The notes under the pieces were generated by a model that saw only the letters and a list, made by a program, of their open reading frames with translations, did not search any database and was not told the origin of the DNA. A program made the translations under genes and the position numbers. This document shows, piece after piece, positions 56,123 through 64,000 of a stretch of 64,000 nt of DNA. Where the stretch lies: positions 138,181 to 202,180 of the forward strand of contig JBOHUD010000064.1 in the NCBI GenBank assembly GCA_050734155.1, written 5' to 3'. Source of the DNA: Candidatus Dormibacteria bacterium. GTDB lineage: Bacteria > Chloroflexota > Dormibacteria > Aeolococcales > Aeolococcaceae. Position 1 is the stretch's first letter. Each line of letters opens with the position of its first letter.

Positions 56123-57181
56123 TCAGGCGCCGGCCACAGTCAGCGTGACCGAGCGCGCCGCCCCGGTGGCACCGATGACCGCGAGGACCGCCCGGTCGCC
56201 CACCAGCAGGCCGAAGGCACCGGGCTGGAGGGCGCCCGCGGAGAGCAGGGTGGTGCCGTTGACCGAGGTGACCACGTCGCCGGGCTGGAGCAGCCCGACC
56301 GCAGCACCGGTGGGGCTGACCGAGCGGATCAGCGCGCCCTGGGACACCCCGGTGGCCGCGGACACCGCGGGGTCCACCAGGAAGCTGGTCACCCCGAAGG
56401 AGGCCGCCCCGGCCGGTGCGCCGCGCTGCACGCCGCTCACCAGCCGGGCGGCGTCCCGGCCCGAGGCCGCGGTCAGCCCCGACGCCGCGGGCACGGTGGT
56501 GACCACCCCGGTGACCGCCCCGGTGCCGTCGACCAGCGGTGCGCCGTCAGCCTGCGGGGCGGAGGTGGCGTCGACTGTGAGCAGGTCGGTGAGCTCCGCC
56601 TCGCCGTCGTTGGCGGTCATGGCCACGGCGTCGACCACCCCGCTGCGCGTCGTGGTTGTGCCCAGGGCCGGCCGGAACACCGCCACCGCCAGGTCGCCGA
56701 TGCGCGGGTCCTGGGCGGCGAAGCGCAGGGGTGTGAGTCCTGCCGCCCCGGCCGCGCGCAGCACCACGATGCCGTCGGCCACGTCGCTGGCCGCGATGGT
56801 GGCGTTGTAGCCGCGACCGTCAGCGGTGGCCACGCGCAGGCGGGTGGCGCCGCGCACGGCGTGGGCCGAGGTGACGATCAGGCCATCGCCGCTGACCGCG
56901 AACCCCTGGGTCAGCCCGGTCGCCGAGCCGGTGGCCAGCGCCCCCGGGGTGACCGCCGCGGTGCTGACCGTGACCAGCGAGGGCAGGACGGAGGTGGCGA
57001 TGTCGCCGACCGACACCGCCCCGCCGCCGGTCTTGGTCTGGGTGATGACCCGCTCCACCGGGCCGAAGTGGCTGTACACGCCCCAGGCGCCCAGCCCCCC
57101 GCCGACCACGCCGACGCAGGCGCTGAGCACCACGGCGGCGAGCAGGCGTGTTCCCGAGGCGCGAGCGCCCGCCGCCTTCAC
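56123..57181 (-). CDS. HtrA-like trypsin/PDZ protein with N-terminal TM anchor; catalytic Ser replaced by Asp (probable pseudoprotease)
   Basis: 352 aa. His context TSAHAV retained. The block aligning to NPGNSGGPLV reads SAPQADGAPLV (GNSGG->QADGA). PDZ-like C-terminus. Start overlaps the downstream MBL gene by 4 nt. Confidence 0.7.
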   Translation of the reverse strand: MKAAGARASGTRLLAAVVLSACVGVVGGGLGAWGVYSHFGPVERVITQTKTGGGAVSVGDIATSVLPSLVTVSTAAVTPGALATGSATGLTQGFAVSGDGLIVTSAHAVRGATRLRVATADGRGYNATIAASDVADGIVVLRAAGAAGLTPLRFAAQDPRIGDLAVAVFRPALGTTTTRSGVVDAVAMTANDGEAELTDLLTVDATSAPQADGAPLVDGTGAVTGVVTTVPAASGLTAASGRDAARLVSGVQRGAPAGAASFGVTSFLVDPAVSAATGVSQGALIRSVSPTGAAVGLLQPGDVVTSVNGTTLLSAGALQPGAFGLLVGDRAVLAVIGATGAARSVTLTVAGA

Positions 57182-58119
57182 TCCGCGACGGCGGGGGCTC
57201 GCGTCGACGCGTGCGTCGAGAGGTAGCGGACGATGCCGGCGGCGTTGCTGTGCACGCCGTTCAGCACCTCGAACTTCTCGCGCAGGGCGTCGGAGAGCCC
57301 CGCTGGAGCACCGGCGAACGCGTCGGCGAGGGCGGCCGCGACGTCGTCGACGCCGGCCTCCTCGCTCTCTCGCATGGTGCGCTCGGCGACCTCCACCCAG
57401 CGGTGCAGCAGCGCCTCGGCGTCGGCGAGCGTCTCCTCCGGCCCCTCGACCGGGCCGTAATGGGTGAGCACGAGGAGCTCGGGCCGCAGGGCGGCGAAGC
57501 GGCGCAGGCTGGCGGTCGCCTGTTCCAGGTCGAAGTCGGGCGGCGGCGTGGCCGGACGGAGGATGCCGATGTCGGGGAGCCTGACCCCCACGGCGTCCCC
57601 GACCAGGAGGGTGCCGGTGCGCTCGTCGAGAACGGCGTGGTGGTGCTTGGCGTGACCCGGGGAGTCGATCAGGGTGAGCAGGTGGCCGTCGCCGAGGTCG
57701 ACGCGATGGCCGTCGGCCGCGGCCACCAGGCGATGCTCGGGGACGGGCAGCATCCTGCCGTAGAGGGAGTCGAGGAGCGGCCCGTACACCCGGGCGGCGC
57801 TGTCGATGAGCCGGCTGGGATCGAGCAGGTGCCGGGCCCCCCGCTCGTGCACCACCACAGTGGCGTTGGGAAACGCGGCGGCCAGGTCGCCGACGCCGCC
57901 GGCGTGGTCCAGGTGGATGTGGGTGACGACGATCCAGCGCAGGTCGTCGGGGCCCAGGCCCGCCTCGCGGAGCGCGTCCGTGACCGCCGCCACGCTGCTC
58001 TGCGAGCCGGTCTCGACCAGGGCCGGCTGGGCGCCGTCGAAGAGGAACCCCGCGGTCATCCCATCCATGCCGCCCAGGAGGGTGTCGATCTGGCGGATGC
58101 CGGGAGCGATCAGGTCCAT
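57178..58119 (-). CDS. MBL-fold metallo-hydrolase (HxHxDH type)
   Basis: 313 aa from ATG 58119. VVTHIHLDHAGG, additional His/Asp ligands (DSPGHAKHH). The ORF-track ORF is extended upstream over UPF0182 out of frame. Confidence 0.8.
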   Translation of the reverse strand: MDLIAPGIRQIDTLLGGMDGMTAGFLFDGAQPALVETGSQSSVAAVTDALREAGLGPDDLRWIVVTHIHLDHAGGVGDLAAAFPNATVVVHERGARHLLDPSRLIDSAARVYGPLLDSLYGRMLPVPEHRLVAAADGHRVDLGDGHLLTLIDSPGHAKHHHAVLDERTGTLLVGDAVGVRLPDIGILRPATPPPDFDLEQATASLRRFAALRPELLVLTHYGPVEGPEETLADAEALLHRWVEVAERTMRESEEAGVDDVAAALADAFAGAPAGLSDALREKFEVLNGVHSNAAGIVRYLSTHASTRAPAVAE

Positions 58120-61100
58120 CAGGGGCTCGGGGTGGGCGTCGCGGCCGGGCTGGCTCTCGGTGAGGCGGAGGGCGAGGCCGGTGCGGTCTGCTGGAGCAGT
58201 GCTGCCAGCTGGGCGCTGTCGGCCTTGACCGCGTCCTCCTCCTTGCCGAAGGTGGTGAAGTCGCCCTTCTGCAGGGCCGCCTGCGCCGCCTGCTGGTGGT
58301 TGAGCAGGTCGTTGAGCAGCGTCAGCTCCTGGGAGGTGAAGTTGGCGGACCCGGGCGGGGGGTTGGTGGTCGTCGACGGAGACGTGGTCGGCGGCCCGCT
58401 CGGGTTGGCCAGACCGGGGATGGGCTGGGTGGTGTTGAGCAGGGTCTGCAGCGCCTGCGCGAACGACGACCCCTGGGCGACGGCGTTCTGGGTGCCCACG
58501 ATGACCTCGTGCAGCTGGGGGAACGCCGTGCCCCCGGCTCCGCCCGAGGCGAGCACGTAGAGCGGACGCACGTACAGGAAGGAGTCGTTGTTGAAGGGCA
58601 GCACGATGACGTTGCCGAGGATCACCGAGGAGCCGTGCTGAGCGAGCAGGCTGACCTCGGGGCTGATGATCGGGTCGGTGTTGATGTTGTTGTCGAACTG
58701 CAGCGGACCGAGGACGTTGACGGAGTTGTTGAGCGGGACCGCCACCAGCTTGGGGTGGTTGGTGCTGGTGTAGTCCGACTCCGCCGCCAGCCAAGCCGTC
58801 ATGTTGTTGGCGCCTCCCCCGCTCGAGCTCGCCGGCGAGAACGACTGGAAGAGGATGAAGCTGGGCTGGCTGTCCCCCGGCAGGGTCACCTCGATGTAGT
58901 ACGGCTGGGTGTCCTGCTGCTGGCCGTTGAGCTGCTGCTGGGCGATGCGGTAGCGGTCGCTGCCGTTGAAGAACACCGAGGCGTTGCTGACATGGACATT
59001 GGCGTACACCTGGGCCTGCGCGGAGAAGAGGTCCTCGGGATAGCGCAGGTGACTGCGCAGCGAGGCCGGCATGGTGCTGAGCGGCTGCATGAGACCGGGG
59101 TAGATGGCGTTCCACGCCGCGGTGATCGGCTCGTTGAGGTCGACCGCGTAGAGGGTGATGGCGCAGGTGCGGGCGTCGATCACCGCCTTGACGGCGTTGC
59201 GCATGTAGGACACCCCGTTCTGCACCGCCGACTCGGGGAAGCGATCGGTCTGCACATAGGTGTCGGCGATGTAGTCCAGGTGACCGGTGGCGTCGTCGAC
59301 GACCACGTACGGGTCAGAGTCGACATGGAGGAAGGGGGCGATGCTGGTGATGCGATCCTGGATGCGGCGGTGCACCAGCACCCTGCTGTTGGCGGTCAGC
59401 GAGTTGTTGAGGAAGAGGTCGAGGGTGCCGAACGAGTCCACCGAGACGGCCAGCCTGTCGAAGATGTTGCCCACCGCGATGCCCTGCATCTCATTGCCGG
59501 CGTGGAAGGTGGCGTCGCCGCCGCCGGCGGGATAATCGAACTCGTTCTGCAGGGTTCCGGTCACCACCGGTTGGGTGGTGGAGAGCCCGCAGTAGATGCG
59601 TGGGTCACCCGCCTTGCCATCGAAGCTGAGCCCGGGCGGCGCGTCCGGCGACACCTGCTTCATGGGCTGCTGCCCCACCAGCACCTGCGGCTTGCCCTCC
59701 GAGGCGACGGCGTTGACCGAGACCGCGGTGACCCCGTAGCCGTGCGTGTAGTTGAGGGCGCTGTTGATGAAGGAGGCGTTGGGGATGTCGTTCTCGGCGA
59801 TCTCGCGCGGACCGAGCATCACCTCGGTGTCGCCGGAGCCGTCGGCGGCGGGGTAGCGATCGACGGTGATGGTCGGGTACGTCTGGTAGCTGCGGCTGCG
59901 GTCGATCTGGGCGAACGTGTCGGGGAGCTGGGTGGTGTCCTGGATGCGCACGTTGCGCAGCGTCCCCGGGTCGGCGGCGAGATCGGACAGGGTGGGCGCC
60001 GCCACGCTGCCGAAATTGCGGACCTCGACGTCGGAGGGCTGCAGTGCCCAGGCGTATCGACTGGTGGCCAGGTAGTCGTTGATCGGCGGTGTCTGGGCCA
60101 CCTGGGCGTTGGGGTTGACCGACGCGCCCTGGTAGATGAGCGCGGGGACCCCCTGCACCACCCCGGCGAGGACCAGCCAGCCCACCAGCGTGCCCGCGAA
60201 CACAGCCGCGCTGGAGCCGGCTCCGCGATTGCGGCGCAGCAGCACCAGCGCCACGGTGACCACCGCCAGCGCCAGCGCCACCCACTGGAGCACGCCCAGG
60301 ACCGGCCGGGTGACGTTGCGCTGGGTGGCGTCGAGGCCGACGAAGTTGTCGTGCTGCGCGGTGGCCAGGTGGTAGACGCCGAAATGTGCGCCCAGGGCTG
60401 CCATCACGAACACCCCGGCGAGCGCGATGCCGGCGTGGGTGACCGCGGCGCTGAAGCCGTCCTCGAAGCGCCTCCCCTCGGGAGGCTTCACCGGCAGGGT
60501 CACCTCCGCCGGCGCGTTGGCCAGGGAGAACGAGAAGGCCGCCAGCCCGATCGCGCCGATCAGCCCGATGAGCACGACCGCCCAGAGCAACCCCTGGAAG
60601 GCATCGAGGACGGGAAGGGTGAAGACGAAGAACGAGTAGTCCTGGTGGAAGACCGGGTCCACCGCCCCGAAGTGCTGACCGTGGAGCCAGAGCAGGACGT
60701 CCTGCCACCCCCCGGCCAGGACCGCCCCGCCTCCGATGGCGGCGATCACCGCCACGGCGATGCCGGCCCAGAGCGCGATGCGCCCGCCGCGCGTGTCGAG
60801 ATGGCGCGCCGCCCTCACCCACCCGACGACGCTGAGGCCGACGCCGCCGCCGGTGATCGCCGCTCCGACGAGGAACAGCACCACCTGGGCCAGGAATGGC
60901 GTCCAGAAGACATTGGTGTGGTTGAGGCTGGCGTAGTACAGGTAGCTGGCGCGCAGCCCGAGGAGCCAGCGGCCGAGCACCACCAGCAGCACGATCGCCA
61001 CCGCCACGATGGCCAGCACCCGCCGGCCGCGATGCCGCTCCGGTGGGCCGCCCGAGCGCACCACGCGCGGACCGCGCCGCCGCCGGAGGATCTCCTCGGG

Positions 61101-61121
61101 ATCGAAGCCGAATGCGCTCAC
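58119..61121 (-). CDS. UPF0182-family large membrane protein (~1000 aa)
   Basis: N-terminal basic cytoplasmic stretch (RRRRGPR), seven hydrophobic helices (YLYYASLNHTNVFWTPFLAQVV...), very large extracytoplasmic domain, Ala/Pro/Ser-rich C-terminus; matches the actinobacterial UPF0182 architecture. Confidence 0.8.
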   Translation of the reverse strand: MSAFGFDPEEILRRRRGPRVVRSGGPPERHRGRRVLAIVAVAIVLLVVLGRWLLGLRASYLYYASLNHTNVFWTPFLAQVVLFLVGAAITGGGVGLSVVGWVRAARHLDTRGGRIALWAGIAVAVIAAIGGGAVLAGGWQDVLLWLHGQHFGAVDPVFHQDYSFFVFTLPVLDAFQGLLWAVVLIGLIGAIGLAAFSFSLANAPAEVTLPVKPPEGRRFEDGFSAAVTHAGIALAGVFVMAALGAHFGVYHLATAQHDNFVGLDATQRNVTRPVLGVLQWVALALAVVTVALVLLRRNRGAGSSAAVFAGTLVGWLVLAGVVQGVPALIYQGASVNPNAQVAQTPPINDYLATSRYAWALQPSDVEVRNFGSVAAPTLSDLAADPGTLRNVRIQDTTQLPDTFAQIDRSRSYQTYPTITVDRYPAADGSGDTEVMLGPREIAENDIPNASFINSALNYTHGYGVTAVSVNAVASEGKPQVLVGQQPMKQVSPDAPPGLSFDGKAGDPRIYCGLSTTQPVVTGTLQNEFDYPAGGGDATFHAGNEMQGIAVGNIFDRLAVSVDSFGTLDLFLNNSLTANSRVLVHRRIQDRITSIAPFLHVDSDPYVVVDDATGHLDYIADTYVQTDRFPESAVQNGVSYMRNAVKAVIDARTCAITLYAVDLNEPITAAWNAIYPGLMQPLSTMPASLRSHLRYPEDLFSAQAQVYANVHVSNASVFFNGSDRYRIAQQQLNGQQQDTQPYYIEVTLPGDSQPSFILFQSFSPASSSGGGANNMTAWLAAESDYTSTNHPKLVAVPLNNSVNVLGPLQFDNNINTDPIISPEVSLLAQHGSSVILGNVIVLPFNNDSFLYVRPLYVLASGGAGGTAFPQLHEVIVGTQNAVAQGSSFAQALQTLLNTTQPIPGLANPSGPPTTSPSTTTNPPPGSANFTSQELTLLNDLLNHQQAAQAALQKGDFTTFGKEEDAVKADSAQLAALLQQTAPASPSASPRASPAATPTPSP

Positions 61122-61173
61122 TTGGCGCGGAGTGTAGCCCGAGGCGGGTTGCCGCCCACCGTCACCGGAGCGC

Positions 61174-61494
61174 TCAGCGCCGTTGCAGGAGCAGCCGAAC
61201 GTCGAACGGGTCGCGGCGGCGGCGCACCCGGCGGGTGACCTCGGGACGCACCTGGATCATGTAGGGCTCCTGCTGGCGGAGCACCTCCTCGATGGCCTCG
61301 GCGATGACCATCCCCTCGCGAATGGTGGGCACGCGCTCGCTCAGGGCATCGACCATGGCGGCCGTCACCGTGGTGTGGTCGAGCTCGTGAGCCTGCTCGA
61401 GGATGGTGAGGCAATCGTCGAGACGGCGCAGGCGAACGCGCCGCTCCTCTCCCCCGCTGTCCAGCTGGACCATGACACGTGCAAGGTACTCCAT
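61174..61494 (-). CDS. Hypothetical small protein
   Basis: 106-aa ORF with Arg-rich C-terminus between UPF0182 and uvrA; no recognised motif. Confidence 0.35.
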   Translation of the reverse strand: MEYLARVMVQLDSGGEERRVRLRRLDDCLTILEQAHELDHTTVTAAMVDALSERVPTIREGMVIAEAIEEVLRQQEPYMIQVRPEVTRRVRRRRDPFDVRLLLQRR

Positions 61495-61529
61495 GCGCGC
61501 GTTTGGCGCGAGTCACCGTTTGGCGCCGC

Positions 61530-64000
<2,471 letters not shown>

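Overview
A 64 kb, very high-GC (~70%+) chromosomal segment with actinobacterial-type synteny, and almost all genes lie on the minus strand. The housekeeping content is dense.

Repair and replication genes: uvrC (3' part), ligA, pcrA and a partial uvrA.

Cell-wall and amino-acid genes: alr, asnB, murA, a wecA-like transferase, glyA, and a secreted CHAP peptidoglycan hydrolase.

Chaperone and t6A cluster: tsaE-tsaB-rimI-tsaD followed by groES-groEL with a CIRCE operator, and thiL. The threonylcarbamoyl-AMP synthase gene (sua5/tsaC) lies separately, near prfA.

Energy and translation block: a complete F1Fo ATP synthase operon (atpI-like, B, E, F, H, A, G, D, C). Upstream of it sit rpmE, a DUF1385 gene, prfA, prmC, sua5/tsaC, glyA and the wecA-like gene.

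Central metabolism: the gluconeogenic pair fbaB (class I aldolase) and glpX, plus pyrG.

Notable accessory content:
1. An argF-like carbamoyltransferase, CdaA (membrane diadenylate cyclase), CdaR (YbbR), glmS and an NAD(P)HX dehydratase form one co-directional operon linked by overlapping stop/start codons.
2. A DtxR/IdeR-family regulator and a ZIP metal transporter are inserted between tsaD and groES, with a near-consensus 19-bp iron box directly upstream of the transporter.
3. An AsnB-type amidotransferase is translationally coupled to a CofE-like (F420-ligase superfamily) protein.
4. The ATP synthase beta subunit carries a ~75-aa acidic-repeat/basic-tail C-terminal extension.
5. A radical-SAM protein with an atypical CX3CXGC motif sits next to a DUF222/HNH (REP13E12-like) gene.
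6. A trypsin/PDZ (HtrA-like) paralogue whose catalytic Ser is replaced by Asp lies between two MBL-fold hydrolases and a ~1000-aa UPF0182 membrane protein.
7. A YczE-like membrane protein gene is frameshifted.

No rRNA, tRNA or CRISPR arrays were recognised. Many long antisense or out-of-frame ORFs in the six-frame track are high-GC artefacts and are not reported.
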